DNA of 42,363 bases from Acetivibrio sp. Its GTDB lineage: Bacteria > Bacillota > Clostridia > Lachnospirales > Lachnospiraceae. The notes below the pieces were generated by a model. The model was not told the origin of the DNA. It searched no databases and saw only the letters and a program-made list of their open reading frames with translations. Of this stretch, positions 9,458 through 20,309 are shown piece by piece (within the stretch, counting starts at the first letter, position 1; the number at the start of each line of letters is the position of its first letter). The position numbers were made by a program, and so were the translations under genes. The stretch lies in contig JBGSNZ010000012.1 in assembly GCA_041739345.1 (NCBI GenBank), positions 1 to 42,363 on the forward strand, in the 5' to 3' direction.

Positions 9458-10870
9458 ATGATACGTTTACAACAAGAATTAGAAAATTATAGCAATAGTG
9501 ATTATTATCCCTTTCATATGCCGGGACACAAACGAAATGCTCTACTTATGAAAATGGGGAATCCCTATAAACTGGATATTACAGAAATCGATGGGTTTGA
9601 TAATCTTCATATGGCCGATGGCATATTAAAAGATATGATGAAGGAAACGGCTTCTCTTTATGGTGCATTAAAAAGCTATTACTTGGTTAATGGTAGTACA
9701 TCGGGTATATTAATAGGCATGGCAGCAGCAACCAATCATGGAGATAAGGTAATTATGGCAAGAAACTGTCATCGGGCGGTTTACCATGGCCTTTATTTAA
9801 ATGAATTGAAACCAGTATATTTGTATCCACAAGAGATTACTGATTGGGGGATAAGTGGTTCGATTTTAGCTGAAGATGTGGATAAAACACTAAAAGAAAA
9901 TCCTGATGCAAAAATGGTTATCATCACATCCCCAACGTATGAAGGCATTGTCTCTGATATAGAAGCAATTGCCAAAGTTGTGCATCAAAGAAATATTCCC
10001 CTTATGGTAGATGAGGCGCATGGCGCACATTTTGGATCTCACTCCTATTTCCCACAAAATAGTATTACGTTAGGGGCAGATATCGTGATTCACAGTGTAC
10101 ATAAGACTCTTCCCGCATTTACTCAGACGGCACTGATTCACATCAATGGAAATCTGGTTGATGAAAAGCGAGTGGAACAGTTTTTTAGTATGTATCAATC
10201 CTCTAGTCCATCCTATCTTCTTATGGCAGGAATTCAGGAAAGCTTAAATTTAATCAAAGTGCATCCTGAATTGTTGGAATTATGGAAGAATAATCTGGAT
10301 CACTTTTATGAAAGAGCTGAAAAATTAACGCATATACGTGTGCTTAGGGAATCAAATGGTGTAAAAGATCCGTCTAAGATCATTCTTTCTGTCCGAAATA
10401 CGGATATGACAGGGACACAGCTTTATGATAGATTAAGAGAGGATTATCATCTTCAAATGGAAGCGGAATTTGTGGATTATGTCATTGCAATGACTAGTAT
10501 GGCAGATACAAAAGAGGGATTTGAGCGATTAATAAAGGCTTTGGAAGAATTGGATAGAAAGATGATAGAAACTGTATCAACAAAAGAGAAGTGTCTAGTG
10601 CTTCCAATATTAAAACAGGAAATGATTCCTTATGAAGCAGAGCAAATGGAAGATTTTTTGTGTGAACTAAATAAAAGTGTTGGATTCATATCGAAAGAAT
10701 ATGCATTTTTATATCCACCAGGAATACCACTGGTTGTTCCGGGAGAGATTATCTCCGGGCAACTGGTGAAAGTAGTAGAGTGGTACAAAAAAAATGGATT
10801 GATAATTAAAGGATTAAGAGATCATAAAGCAAAGGACATCATAGTAATAGGAGGCAAAAAGAATGGGTAA
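9458..10870 (+). CDS. Orn/Lys/Arg decarboxylase family PLP enzyme (YaaO-like)
   Basis: 470 aa. HMPGHK N-terminal motif, the PLP-lysine region SVHKTLPAFTQTAL and the C-terminal domain are typical of OKR_DC_1. It sits at the Bacillus yaaO position. Confidence 0.85.
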   Translation: MIRLQQELENYSNSDYYPFHMPGHKRNALLMKMGNPYKLDITEIDGFDNLHMADGILKDMMKETASLYGALKSYYLVNGSTSGILIGMAAATNHGDKVIMARNCHRAVYHGLYLNELKPVYLYPQEITDWGISGSILAEDVDKTLKENPDAKMVIITSPTYEGIVSDIEAIAKVVHQRNIPLMVDEAHGAHFGSHSYFPQNSITLGADIVIHSVHKTLPAFTQTALIHINGNLVDEKRVEQFFSMYQSSSPSYLLMAGIQESLNLIKVHPELLELWKNNLDHFYERAEKLTHIRVLRESNGVKDPSKIILSVRNTDMTGTQLYDRLREDYHLQMEAEFVDYVIAMTSMADTKEGFERLIKALEELDRKMIETVSTKEKCLVLPILKQEMIPYEAEQMEDFLCELNKSVGFISKEYAFLYPPGIPLVVPGEIISGQLVKVVEWYKKNGLIIKGLRDHKAKDIIVIGGKKNG

Positions 10871-11447
10871 AATATATGCAGTATTAGGGAAAAGTGCTAC
10901 GGGAAAAGATACCATTTATAAAAAACTGTTAGAAAATCAAGGACTTCATTTGAAAGAAGTGGTAACATATACAACCAGACCTACCCGTAGTGGAGAAAAA
11001 AATGGCGTGGAATACTTTTTTACCACAAAAGATCAGTTAGATCAGTTTAACAAACAGAATAAGGTAATTGAACAAAAATGTTTTCATACTGTTTGTGGAG
11101 ATTGGTATTACTATACAGTGAATGATGGACAGGTTGATTTGAATTTATCGAATTATATTATGATCATTACTACACTTGAACGTTATGAAAACACTAGAAA
11201 TTTTTATGGGAAAGATGCTGTTGTACCAATTTATATTGAAGTAGAAACGGGACTTCGATTAGAACGAGCATTGATACGTGAAAAGCAACAGGAGAACCCA
11301 AAGTTTTTAGAAATCTGCAGGCGCTTTTTAGCGGATGAGGAAGACTTTTCAGACGAAGATATCGAACGCTTGGAAATTGCCAAACGCTATCAAAATGGGG
11401 ATATTAATCACTGTATTTCTGAAATTATTGCTGATATACAGAAATAA
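10863..11447 (+). CDS. guanylate kinase-like protein
   Basis: P-loop GKSATGKDT and Gmk signature YTTRPTRSGEKNGVEYFF. Overlaps the upstream gene by 8 nt (operon). Confidence 0.8.
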   Translation: MGKIYAVLGKSATGKDTIYKKLLENQGLHLKEVVTYTTRPTRSGEKNGVEYFFTTKDQLDQFNKQNKVIEQKCFHTVCGDWYYYTVNDGQVDLNLSNYIMIITTLERYENTRNFYGKDAVVPIYIEVETGLRLERALIREKQQENPKFLEICRRFLADEEDFSDEDIERLEIAKRYQNGDINHCISEIIADIQK

Positions 11448-11484
11448 AAAAGTGTGCTATACTAAAAGGTAAGGTGGTGAAGCC

Positions 11485-11925
11485 ATGGATATAAAAGTAA
11501 ACCAATTGCAACAGGTAAATCAAATAGAGAAACCGCAAGCCACGCCTGAAAGTGACGGAAGCTTCAAGTTTACTTTGATTAGTAGTATTGAGGAGCAGGA
11601 ACTTAAAGCGCAGCTTACTTTTATGATGGAAGAAATCACACAACAGGGGAAAAAGCTTGGAAAACATATGGATGTTCGTGATATGAAGCATTATCGCCAG
11701 TTGATAAAAGAATTTATGAATGAAGTGGTGAACCGTTCTCATAAGTTTAGTAGGGAAAACTTCCTTGACAGAAGGGGACGTCATCGTGTATATGGTATGG
11801 TGAAATTAGTAGACCAGACACTTGACGAATTGGCTACGGAACTTTTAAAAGATGAGAAGGATCATCTTCTTATTTTAAGTAGAATTGATGAAATTCGAGG
11901 AATGCTATTAGATATCATCACATAG
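11485..11925 (+). CDS. YaaR/DUF327 family protein
   Basis: 146 aa. Size, position (between the kinase and holB) and the [12 protein letters not shown] region match YaaR. Confidence 0.7.
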   Translation: MDIKVNQLQQVNQIEKPQATPESDGSFKFTLISSIEEQELKAQLTFMMEEITQQGKKLGKHMDVRDMKHYRQLIKEFMNEVVNRSHKFSRENFLDRRGRHRVYGMVKLVDQTLDELATELLKDEKDHLLILSRIDEIRGMLLDIIT

Positions 11926-11939
11926 GAGGAGGGATTTTC

Positions 11940-12950
11940 TTGCCAAATTTTAATGATATTGTTGGTCATAAAAAGTTAAAACAACATTTACAAACTGCAA
12001 TTGAGCAGAATAAAGTATCACATGCTTATATAATTAATGGTGAACAGGGCGCGGGAAAACGCCTGATTGCATCCGTATTTTCAAAAACGCTTCAATGCTC
12101 TGACCCAAGGAAGGATGCACAAGGAATCAATCCTTGTGGTAAATGCAAATCCTGTATGCAGACAGATTCCGGAAATCAGCCGGATATCATTTGGGTTACG
12201 CATGAAAAGTATAGCATTGGTGTTGATGATATACGAATTCAAATAAACAATGATATTGGGATCAAACCATATAGTAGTCCTTACAAAATTTATATTATAA
12301 ATGAAGCGGACAAGATGACGGAGCAGGCGCAGAATGCAATATTAAAAACAATCGAAGAACCGCCTTTGTATTGTGTTATTATTTTGCTTACGAATAATAC
12401 GAGCCACATCCTTCCAACTATTCTATCAAGGTGCGTATTACTTGATCTTAAGGCAATTGATGAAGATAAGATTGTTCACTATTTGATGGAGAAGTATGAA
12501 ATACCAGATTATGCTGCAAAATTGGCAGCACAGTTTTCACAGGGAAATATCGGCAAAGCGATTCGATATGGAACTTCAAATGATTTTATGCAAATAAAAG
12601 AGGATGTACTTCATCTTTTAAAATATATTGACGAAATGGAAATAAGTGAAATTATAGATTCCATTAAAAACCTTTCAGAGCACAAACTTCAGATAAATGA
12701 CTGTATTGATTTTATGCAGCTATGGTATCGAGATGTGTTAATGTTGAAGGTTACCAATGACCCTAATATGCTTTTGTTTAAGGAAGAATATCATTTCCTG
12801 TCTGAACAGGCAAAAAGAAGAGGGTACGAAGAGGTTGAAAATATCATGAATGCCATGGATAAAGCGAAGGTTCGTTTGAATGCAAATGTAAACTTTGATA
12901 TTACTATGGAGCTTATGTTACTGACTTTAAAGGAGTGTAGAAATGACTAA
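11940..12950 (+). CDS. holB: DNA polymerase III subunit delta'
   Basis: AAA+ clamp-loader fold: GEQGAGKRL Walker A, Zn module CGKCKSC, SRC motif LSRCVLL. TTG start after GGAGGAGGG. Confidence 0.85.
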   Translation: MPNFNDIVGHKKLKQHLQTAIEQNKVSHAYIINGEQGAGKRLIASVFSKTLQCSDPRKDAQGINPCGKCKSCMQTDSGNQPDIIWVTHEKYSIGVDDIRIQINNDIGIKPYSSPYKIYIINEADKMTEQAQNAILKTIEEPPLYCVIILLTNNTSHILPTILSRCVLLDLKAIDEDKIVHYLMEKYEIPDYAAKLAAQFSQGNIGKAIRYGTSNDFMQIKEDVLHLLKYIDEMEISEIIDSIKNLSEHKLQINDCIDFMQLWYRDVLMLKVTNDPNMLLFKEEYHFLSEQAKRRGYEEVENIMNAMDKAKVRLNANVNFDITMELMLLTLKECRND

Positions 12951-13857
12951 AGTAATAGGAGTTCGTTTTCGTAAGGCAGGAAAAGTTTACTACTTTGATC
13001 CTGCAGGTTATGAAATTAATACTGGAGATAATGTAATCGTGGAAACTGCACGTGGTATCGAATATGGACGAGTTGTATTAGGGATGAAAGAGGTAGAAGA
13101 TGATGAAGTAATCCAACCGTTAAAATCCGTAATTCGTATTTCGACAAATGAAGACGATCAAATTGAAAAAACAAATAAAGCAAAAGAAAAAGATGCATTT
13201 CGTATTTGTCTTGAAAAAATAACAAAACATGGATTAGAGATGAAACTTATCGATGCGGAATATACCTTTGATAATAATAAAGTATTATTTTATTTTACAG
13301 CGGATGGGCGAATTGATTTCCGTGAATTAGTAAAGGATTTAGCTTCTGTATTTAAGACTCGTATTGAACTTCGACAAATTGGGGTTCGTGATGAGACTAA
13401 GATTATAGGGGGAATTGGTATTTGTGGTAGACCGCTATGTTGCCATATGCACTTATCAGAGTTTGCACCAGTATCCATTAAAATGGCCAAGGAGCAGAAT
13501 CTTTCCTTAAATCCGACTAAGATATCCGGAGTGTGCGGAAGACTTATGTGCTGCCTTAAAAATGAGGAGGAAGCATATGAAGATTTAAATAGTAAGCTTC
13601 CAAATATAAATGATGTGGTTACCACACCAGAGGGATTAAAAGGAGAAGTACAGAGTGTAAGTGTACTAAAACAATTGGTCAAAGTAATTGTAGTCATGGA
13701 AAATGATGAAAAAGAGGTTCATGAATATAAAGTAGAAGAACTTAAATTCAAACCTAGAAAACGCGAACGCAAGATGACACAGGAAGAATTAAAAGAGCTT
13801 CGCGCACTCGAAATGCTTGAAAAATCGGAAGGAAAGTCAAAGCTCGATGATGAATGA
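12943..13857 (+). CDS. ricT: PSP1-domain protein RicT/YaaT (stage 0 sporulation/regulatory iron-sulfur complex)
   Basis: PSP1 C-terminal domain with the conserved cysteine cluster (CGRPLCCH ... CGRLMCCL). Overlaps holB by 8 nt. Confidence 0.85.
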   Translation: MTKVIGVRFRKAGKVYYFDPAGYEINTGDNVIVETARGIEYGRVVLGMKEVEDDEVIQPLKSVIRISTNEDDQIEKTNKAKEKDAFRICLEKITKHGLEMKLIDAEYTFDNNKVLFYFTADGRIDFRELVKDLASVFKTRIELRQIGVRDETKIIGGIGICGRPLCCHMHLSEFAPVSIKMAKEQNLSLNPTKISGVCGRLMCCLKNEEEAYEDLNSKLPNINDVVTTPEGLKGEVQSVSVLKQLVKVIVVMENDEKEVHEYKVEELKFKPRKRERKMTQEELKELRALEMLEKSEGKSKLDDE

Positions 13858-14602
13858 GAGTGATTTTTTAAAACCGGGAGAACGGTTTGATGATTTACAA
13901 ATTGGAAGTTGCAAAGTAATACAAAATCCAGAACGGTTTTGCTTTGGTATAGATGCAGTCCTTCTATCTGATTTTGCGAGGGTAAAGGACAAGGAAACCG
14001 TATTGGATTTAGGTACTGGTACTGGAATTATACCCATTCTAATGGATGCAAAATCAAAGGGAAGTAATTTTACAGCACTTGAAATACAAACAGAGAATGT
14101 GGATATGGCGAGACGAAGTGTTGCTTTTAACGGGCAGCAGGACCGAATTAAAATTATCGAGGGAGACATTAAGGAAGCCACCAAACTATTTGGTTTGGCT
14201 TCCTTCCATGTTGTTACAACCAATCCACCATACATGACAAATCAGCATGGACTTCAAAATATGGACATGCCTAAGGCAATTGCCAGACACGAAATACTAT
14301 GTTCGCTCGAGGATGTGATTCGAGAAAGCGCTGGTTTATTAAAGGAAAATGGTCGTTTCTATATGGTACATCGTCCTTTTCGCTTGGCAGAAATTTTTGT
14401 TCTTATGACAAAATATCATGTAGAACCAAAGAGGATGAGACTCGTTTATCCCTATGCAGACAAGGAACCAAATATGGTTTTGATTGAAGGGTTAAAAGGC
14501 GGAAGACCTCGAATTACCGTAGAAGCTCCGTTGATTGTATATAAAGAACCGAATGTTTATCACGAAGAGATAAGCAGGATTTATGGTTTTGAGAGGAATT
14601 GA
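13847..14602 (+). CDS. class I SAM-dependent methyltransferase, tRNA (adenine-N6) methyltransferase-like (YabB/TrmN6 family)
   Basis: SAM motif I VLDLGTGTGIIP and NPPY catalytic motif (TTNPPYM). The start is set at the ATGATG pair overlapping the ricT stop. The ORF-track start 13817 is also possible. Confidence 0.7.
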   Translation: MMNESDFLKPGERFDDLQIGSCKVIQNPERFCFGIDAVLLSDFARVKDKETVLDLGTGTGIIPILMDAKSKGSNFTALEIQTENVDMARRSVAFNGQQDRIKIIEGDIKEATKLFGLASFHVVTTNPPYMTNQHGLQNMDMPKAIARHEILCSLEDVIRESAGLLKENGRFYMVHRPFRLAEIFVLMTKYHVEPKRMRLVYPYADKEPNMVLIEGLKGGRPRITVEAPLIVYKEPNVYHEEISRIYGFERN

Positions 14603-14607
14603 AGTTA

Positions 14608-15450
14608 ATGTCGGGAAAACTGTATTTGTGTGCAACTCCAATTGGAAACCTGGAGGATATTACATTTCGTGTATTAAAAGTTTTGAAGGAAGTAGATTTA
14701 ATTGCAGCGGAGGATACCAGACACAGTATCAAATTGCTAAATCACTTTGAAATTACCACACCCATGACGAGTTATCATGAGTTTAATAAAATAGAAAAGG
14801 CCAAGTACCTGGTAGAAAAGTTATTGAGTGGAACAAATATTGCATTAATTACGGATGCTGGAACACCTGGAATTTCAGATCCTGGGGAAGAGCTTGTTAA
14901 GCAGGCATATCTGGCTGGTATAGAGGTTACTTCTTTGCCGGGACCGGCTGCTTGTATCACTGCACTTACATTATCAGGACTTTCAACTAGGAGATTTGCA
15001 TTTGAAGCATTCCTGCCATCCGATAAAAAGGATAAACAAAGAATACTGGAAGAACTGAAAACGGAAACCAGAACAATTATTTTATATGAAGCACCACACC
15101 GTTTGGTTCGTACTTTGAAGGAACTGGAAGAAGCACTTGGAAATCGTAGGATGACACTACTACGTGAACTAACAAAAAAGTTTGAGACGGTATTTCAAAC
15201 AACGATTTCGGATTTGATTAGTCACTATGAAGAGCAAGATCCAAAAGGAGAATGTGTTTTGGTCATTGAAGGAACTTCCTTTGAAGCACTTGACGAAGAA
15301 GTAAAGGCGCAGTGGGAGAGCTTATCATTAGAAGACCACATGGAACATTATTTAAGTCAGGGTATTAGTAAAAAAGATGCAATGAAGCAGGTTGCGAAGG
15401 ATCGTAGAATATCAAAACGAGATGTTTATCAAGAACTTTTGAATGAGTAA
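14608..15450 (+). CDS. rsmI: 16S rRNA (cytidine1402-2'-O)-methyltransferase
   Basis: Tetrapyrrole-methylase fold: LYLCATPIGNLEDIT, AAEDTR. ATG 14608 sits 11 nt after GAGAGG. The TTG at 14599 is too close to the RBS. Confidence 0.9.
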   Translation: MSGKLYLCATPIGNLEDITFRVLKVLKEVDLIAAEDTRHSIKLLNHFEITTPMTSYHEFNKIEKAKYLVEKLLSGTNIALITDAGTPGISDPGEELVKQAYLAGIEVTSLPGPAACITALTLSGLSTRRFAFEAFLPSDKKDKQRILEELKTETRTIILYEAPHRLVRTLKELEEALGNRRMTLLRELTKKFETVFQTTISDLISHYEEQDPKGECVLVIEGTSFEALDEEVKAQWESLSLEDHMEHYLSQGISKKDAMKQVAKDRRISKRDVYQELLNE

Positions 15451-15486
15451 TTCAATAAAATAGAATCTTTTATTAAAAAGCAAAAA

Positions 15487-15520
15487 AAGAGAATGCGAGG
15501 GGGGCATTCTCTTTTTTTTC
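15487..15520 (+). terminator. rho-independent terminator after rsmI
   Basis: AAGAGAATGC-GAGGGGG-GCATTCTCTT followed by T8. Confidence 0.7.
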
Positions 15521-15646
15521 ATGTATTGATAGACAAGAAGAGGGGAGTCCCTTATCTATCATATATAATGAGAGGGGGAGTATAATTATATTATACGTTT
15601 ACAAAAGGTTTATTGAAATAATAAACGTTTGTATCGTATAAACTAA

Positions 15647-15904
15647 TTAGTCAATTATGCCTGCGAGTTTAGCAAGCTGAACAATAGAATCTTTAGAAAC
15701 CTTTTTTCCGCAAAAATCATAAAGCGATTCTTTTTCACCAGTAAAAACATCTGCTGGTTCGTATTTTGTTAATATAATCTTATCTTCGTCAACAAAAATT
15801 TCGAGAGCATCTCGATCTTCAACTCCAAGAGTTCTTCTTAATTCAATTGGAAGAGTAATTCTACCAAGATCATCTAACTTTCTAACAATTCCAGTACTTT
15901 TCAT
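15647..15904 (-). CDS. abrB: transition-state regulator AbrB (SpoVT/AbrB swapped-hairpin domain)
   Basis: MKSTGIVRKLDDLGRITLPIELRRTLGVEDRDALEIFVDEDKIILTKY is near-identical in pattern to B. subtilis AbrB. Conserved position after rsmI on the opposite strand. Confidence 0.9.
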   Translation of the reverse strand: MKSTGIVRKLDDLGRITLPIELRRTLGVEDRDALEIFVDEDKIILTKYEPADVFTGEKESLYDFCGKKVSKDSIVQLAKLAGIID

Positions 15905-16195
15905 CTGTGGTCTCCTTTAGCTAATTCATCTATGTTCTGTATATAACATATCATAGTAAATAAATGGAGACAACACAAAAATTTATTTTTATATAGCATA
16001 TAATTAATATGGAAAAAATATGAAATTCAAAATAATGTAAAAATAAGAGAAAAAAAGGAAAAGAAAACAGGGTAAAAACAACATAAAATATTGATAAATA
16101 GGGAATTTAGTCTTCTAAAACAACATTTTTTAAAGACAAATAAAATCAATTTTTGAAATAAAGTTTGAAAAAAGAAATAATTAGCATAAATTTAA

Positions 16196-18190
16196 TCACA
16201 AATCAGTATTATAGTAGAATTCATTTGTTGGTGGCAAACAACTGTGATTTTTGCAAACATAGTAGGTTGTTTTCTCATTCAAAAATTTATATTCCTCCGT
16301 AGGTTTTAGAAGGATAGTTACATTGGCATTTAGATGAATAATACCCTTTATTTTTTTCAAATCATCTTTATTTTTTAGTACGATAGTAATATGTTCAGGT
16401 GTGTTTAGATATAGTGAAAGTGCAAGCAAATAAAAGCTATAACCAGGAGGGTAATCCTTAACAGTGGAGGACATAAAGGTAAGCTGTTTTTCTGCTAAAT
16501 CGGTTAATTTTGGGTCTTTAATTAGATAAGACAGTTTCACAAGATTATATGCCATTACTGAGTTTCCACTAGGAATAGCTCCGTCATAGGTTTCTTTTCG
16601 CTTGATTATTAGTGATTCATTTTCCCTACCGTAAAGGTAAAAACCTCCATTTTTTTCATCGTAGAAATCAGAAATTACTTTATTGCAAAATTGGATTGCC
16701 TTATCTAAATATTTGCTATCATTTGTTGCTTCATACAAACCAATCAAAGCAAATATATAAAACGAGTAGTCATCCAAAAAACCGTTACCAGAATGTTCGC
16801 CTTCACGATAGCTAACAAATAATGAATTTCCGTCAGATAAATACTGTTCAATAAATGAATTTGTTTTTTTTGCTGCCTGCAGATAAGATTCTTCATTCAT
16901 TACACGATATAAAAGAGCAAAAGCAGCTATCATCAATGCATTCCACGAGGTCAAAATTTTATCGTCCAAATGGAGTGTGGTTCTTGACCTACGGTAATCA
17001 TATAGTAGAGGAATATACTCATCCATTTGACCATCCATATTTTCATTAGCAAGTAGATTTGGTATATTTTTACCTTCAAAATTTCCTCTTTCGGTGATGC
17101 CATAATAATGGTTAAAAATTTCTCCATTTTTTTTACCCAAAACCGTAAGAACTTCATCGTAGTCAAAAACATAATATTTTCCCTCTACGCCCTCACTGTC
17201 AGCATCTTGAGCACAATAAAAACCACCATTATCTTTGGTCATTTCACGTAGAATAAATTCAGCCGTTTTTTCTGCAATATTGCGATAGAGAGATTTCTTC
17301 GTAATGTAATAAAGTTTAGCGTAACTCATTATAAGCAATGCATTATCATATAACATCTTTTCAAAGTGAGGAACGAGAAAATAACGGTCGGTAGAATATC
17401 TTGAAAATCCGTAACCGATATGATCAAATATACCCCCTCGATACATTTGTGTCAGTGTTGTTTCAACCATAGTTAGAATAGATTTATCTTTACCTTGTTC
17501 ATAGTAATCCATCAAAAACAATAGATTGTGTGGTGTAGGGAATTTAGGAGCCAAACCAAAGCCACCAAATTCTTTATCAAAGCTTTGCTTAAACATCAAA
17601 GCGGCTGAAGATAATAGTGTTTCGCTAATTTCCCCTCTTTGTTGCTCTGTTTTATCTAAATAGTTCATAATTTCTTCGGCAGAATTTATTAGCTGCGCAT
17701 TGTTTTCTTCCCAGTTTTTGTGGATGGACATAAGTAGTTCGGTAAATCCAAGCATGCCACGTTTTGTATTTTTTGGAAAATACGTTCCAGCATAAAAAGG
17801 CTTTTGCTCCGGAGTCATGAAAATACTGGTGGGCCAACCACCACTTCCCGTGAACGCCTGACAAAAAGCCATATACAAACTATCAATATCAGGCCGTTCT
17901 TCTTTATCCACCTTGATTGACACATAATAGTTGTTTAATAATTCAGCAATCTGTAAATCTTCAAAGCTTTCATGAGCCATAACATGACACCAATGGCAGG
18001 TACTATAGCCAATGCTTAAGAAAATAGGTTTATTCTCCTTTTTGGCCTTCTCAAATGATTCTTCACCCCAGGGATACCAATTGACAGGATTGTAAGCATG
18101 TTGTAAAAGGTACGGAGATTTTTCATCCACTAATTTATTGGGGATTCGAGTAATTTCGGTTTCTTTATTCGTTACGTGTTCAGTTTGCAT
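16196..18190 (-). CDS. thioredoxin-domain protein YyaL (DUF255) with C-terminal six-hairpin glycosidase-like domain
   Basis: 664 aa. N-terminal Trx-like CxxC (STCHWCH) in the DUF255 context [18 protein letters not shown], then a long alpha/alpha-toroid region. Confidence 0.85.
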   Translation of the reverse strand: MQTEHVTNKETEITRIPNKLVDEKSPYLLQHAYNPVNWYPWGEESFEKAKKENKPIFLSIGYSTCHWCHVMAHESFEDLQIAELLNNYYVSIKVDKEERPDIDSLYMAFCQAFTGSGGWPTSIFMTPEQKPFYAGTYFPKNTKRGMLGFTELLMSIHKNWEENNAQLINSAEEIMNYLDKTEQQRGEISETLLSSAALMFKQSFDKEFGGFGLAPKFPTPHNLLFLMDYYEQGKDKSILTMVETTLTQMYRGGIFDHIGYGFSRYSTDRYFLVPHFEKMLYDNALLIMSYAKLYYITKKSLYRNIAEKTAEFILREMTKDNGGFYCAQDADSEGVEGKYYVFDYDEVLTVLGKKNGEIFNHYYGITERGNFEGKNIPNLLANENMDGQMDEYIPLLYDYRRSRTTLHLDDKILTSWNALMIAAFALLYRVMNEESYLQAAKKTNSFIEQYLSDGNSLFVSYREGEHSGNGFLDDYSFYIFALIGLYEATNDSKYLDKAIQFCNKVISDFYDEKNGGFYLYGRENESLIIKRKETYDGAIPSGNSVMAYNLVKLSYLIKDPKLTDLAEKQLTFMSSTVKDYPPGYSFYLLALSLYLNTPEHITIVLKNKDDLKKIKGIIHLNANVTILLKPTEEYKFLNEKTTYYVCKNHSCLPPTNEFYYNTDL

Positions 18191-18371
18191 TCAATACACT
18201 CCTTATAGTAATAATTTAAACCTTTTAAAAGTTATAAATTTATTTAATAGAATTATTATGCCAATAAGGAGTGTGTTTTATGAAATAAGAAATAAAATTA
18301 GTGATGACTTTGTAAGCTATAATAATCAATATTTTTTTACTATATCTGTTGTTTTTCTTATTAATCTTTGT

Positions 18372-18400
18372 TTGACATGCTGGCTACCTTGCGCTACAAT
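18372..18400 (+). promoter_or_regulatory. sigma-A-type promoter for the padR operon
   Basis: TTGACA (18372-18377), 17-nt spacer, TACAAT (18395-18400). AAGGAGG RBS 33 nt downstream. Confidence 0.55.
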
Positions 18401-18447
18401 ATAGAGACAGTAACTTGCTTTGCAAGATAGACAAGGAGGTTGGGAAT

Positions 18448-18786
18448 TTGGCGGACAGGTCACAATTTCTTCGTGGAACATTAGAAGGTTGTATATTAAA
18501 GATTATTGAACAAAATGAAACCTATGGTTATGAGATTACAGAGAAGCTTCAGAAGTTTGGTTTTGCTGAAATTAGTGAAGGCACTATTTACCCATTACTT
18601 TTAAGACTTGAAAAAAACCAAATGATTGATTCAATAAAAAAAGAATCAGCATATGGACCAAAGAGAAAATATTATAACTTGACGGATACCGGAAGAAAAG
18701 AACTTCAAGAGTTTTATGCTTTGTGGTGTGAAATTCGAAATGGTATCAATCTTATTTTTCAAGATGGAGGGGAAGGAAAATGTTAA
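18448..18786 (+). CDS. PadR-family transcriptional regulator
   Basis: wHTH with the PadR signature YGYEITEKL...GTIYPLLLRLEKNQMI. TTG start 8 nt after AAGGAGG. The ORF-track start 18415 lies in the promoter/leader. Confidence 0.8.
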   Translation: MADRSQFLRGTLEGCILKIIEQNETYGYEITEKLQKFGFAEISEGTIYPLLLRLEKNQMIDSIKKESAYGPKRKYYNLTDTGRKELQEFYALWCEIRNGINLIFQDGGEGKC

Positions 18787-19463
18787 ACTTAAAGTATATA
18801 AGAGACGAAAATAACCAATTGAGTAAAAATCTAAGTATGGAATATCAGAAAGTATATACGGATATTGTATGCTATCTGAGAGTAAGCAATTTGAATGATA
18901 TGGAGCAGGAAGAAGTTAATAGCGATATATTAAGTATGTTTATTGATTGGGAAAAGCAAAGCATAAAGGTAAAAGATATGATTGGAGAAGACTATAAACA
19001 ATTTGCTGACGATATTGTTGCCGCTATAAATCCGCATAAATCCATACTGAAAAAAAGTAAAGAATATGCATTAATTATTATAAAAGCATTTGGCTATATG
19101 CTCACAATTGACTTTATAGTATTATATTTACCTGGATTATTGAAAGGAAATTTATCTTTAGTCTACGATTATACATTAGTCATGGCGGCTAGAGGATTAA
19201 TTATCTTTGTTGCTATGATTTTTGCAATAAACTACATTGGAGAAAACAGTTTTTCTCTTTCGGAAAAACAGATTCCAAAAACTACTCGTTTCTTAATTGG
19301 CTGTTGTATTGGATTGTTTATTATTCTATATATATTTCTGTCAAAGATGCTAGGCGAAGTAATTCTTTTATCAATTAATATATATTTTATTTTGGCGATT
19401 GTTGCAATTTTTTGGATATATAATGGCCTTCGTTGGCTTATAATCTATAAAAATTCACGTTGA
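18780..19463 (+). CDS. membrane protein, PadR-operon partner
   Basis: 227 aa. ATG overlaps the padR stop (ATGTTAA). Soluble N-terminal domain plus three or four TM helices, a common PadR-associated arrangement (DUF1700/DUF2812-like). Confidence 0.6.
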   Translation: MLNLKYIRDENNQLSKNLSMEYQKVYTDIVCYLRVSNLNDMEQEEVNSDILSMFIDWEKQSIKVKDMIGEDYKQFADDIVAAINPHKSILKKSKEYALIIIKAFGYMLTIDFIVLYLPGLLKGNLSLVYDYTLVMAARGLIIFVAMIFAINYIGENSFSLSEKQIPKTTRFLIGCCIGLFIILYIFLSKMLGEVILLSINIYFILAIVAIFWIYNGLRWLIIYKNSR

Positions 19464-19594
19464 ATCAATTAAGCAATTTATAAATTGTAAATATGCGTTG
19501 GTAATAATTTCTAACCGCAAAATTAACGTATATGCTTATGCTCGGTTTATTTAAATAACAATTGGAAACAATAAAGAAAAAGGGGGGTCATTCT

Positions 19595-19942
19595 ATGGAT
19601 GAAAATATTAATAATTATCAAGTAATTGAAAAAAATCTAGATTACCTTATTGAAAATCATAAGGAAATATATGATGCATATAAAAATTATGGAAAATTAG
19701 TACACGAAAATGGTGGTCCACTAGATGAGAAAACAAGATGGCTGATTAAAGTAGTACTATCTACTGATTGTCAAAATGAATATTCTTTAAAAACGCATAT
19801 TATGAAAGCTTTAAAAAGTGGATGTACCGAGGAGGAAATTGAACATGCTATTCTATTAGTAGGTCCAACTTCAGGGTTCCCAAAGATGATGAATGGACTG
19901 CTGATTTTTAGACAAGTTATTGAACAGATTAGAAGAAATTGA
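19595..19942 (+). CDS. carboxymuconolactone decarboxylase / AhpD-like family protein
   Basis: 115 aa, AhpD core-like motif ...STDCQNEYSLKTHIMKALKSG.. (C..xxxH pattern). The ATG is 7 nt after AAAGGGGGG. Confidence 0.7.
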   Translation: MDENINNYQVIEKNLDYLIENHKEIYDAYKNYGKLVHENGGPLDEKTRWLIKVVLSTDCQNEYSLKTHIMKALKSGCTEEEIEHAILLVGPTSGFPKMMNGLLIFRQVIEQIRRN

Positions 19943-20008
19943 GTTTTCTTATTATATCTAACCTACTTTTTGATATTCCTTAGTAAAATGATAAAAGAAC
20001 AATAAATA

Positions 20009-20062
20009 GGAGTTTGCAAAATGAGAAACTGAGAAATTTCAATTTTGCGAACTCCATTTTAT
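20009..20062 (+). terminator. probable rho-independent terminator (long-loop hairpin)
   Basis: GGAGTTTGCAAAAT ... ATTTTGCGAACTCC (14-bp stem, 1 mismatch) followed by ATTTTATTTG. Confidence 0.4.
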
Positions 20063-20309
20063 TTGTTCTATCAATATACAAATGAAAAAACTAAATGCCA
20101 CATAACAAGTAAAAGCAACCATAATAGATTATTTTCTGTAAATTTGCCATACCCTACACCGGCATATGCCATTTGAAACAGAATATGCATCAATGAAAAC
20201 ATGATAGCTGAAATAATGGTTGTTATTATTTGATAATATAAAGAATCAAGATATAACTTTTATCTAATCAGAATACATTATTATAAGAAATTTTTCGGGA
20301 AATGATTGC

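Noticed and set aside
13016-14235. Minus-strand ORFs opposite ricT and the methyltransferase
   Set aside because: They are antisense to conserved genes that are tightly packed with translational coupling.
15530-15570. Inverted repeat GATAGACAAG...CTTATCTATC considered as a terminator for abrB
   Set aside because: It lies upstream of the abrB stop on the wrong side and has no U-tract in either orientation. It may be a protein-binding palindrome, but this cannot be supported.
16612-17864. Several 60-73-aa ORFs inside yyaL on both strands
   Set aside because: They are embedded in the conserved 664-aa DUF255 gene, and no RBS is apparent.
18138-18404. 88-aa plus-strand ORF in the yyaL-padR intergenic region
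   Set aside because: It overlaps the yyaL start on the other strand and runs through the padR promoter. Its composition is low-complexity.
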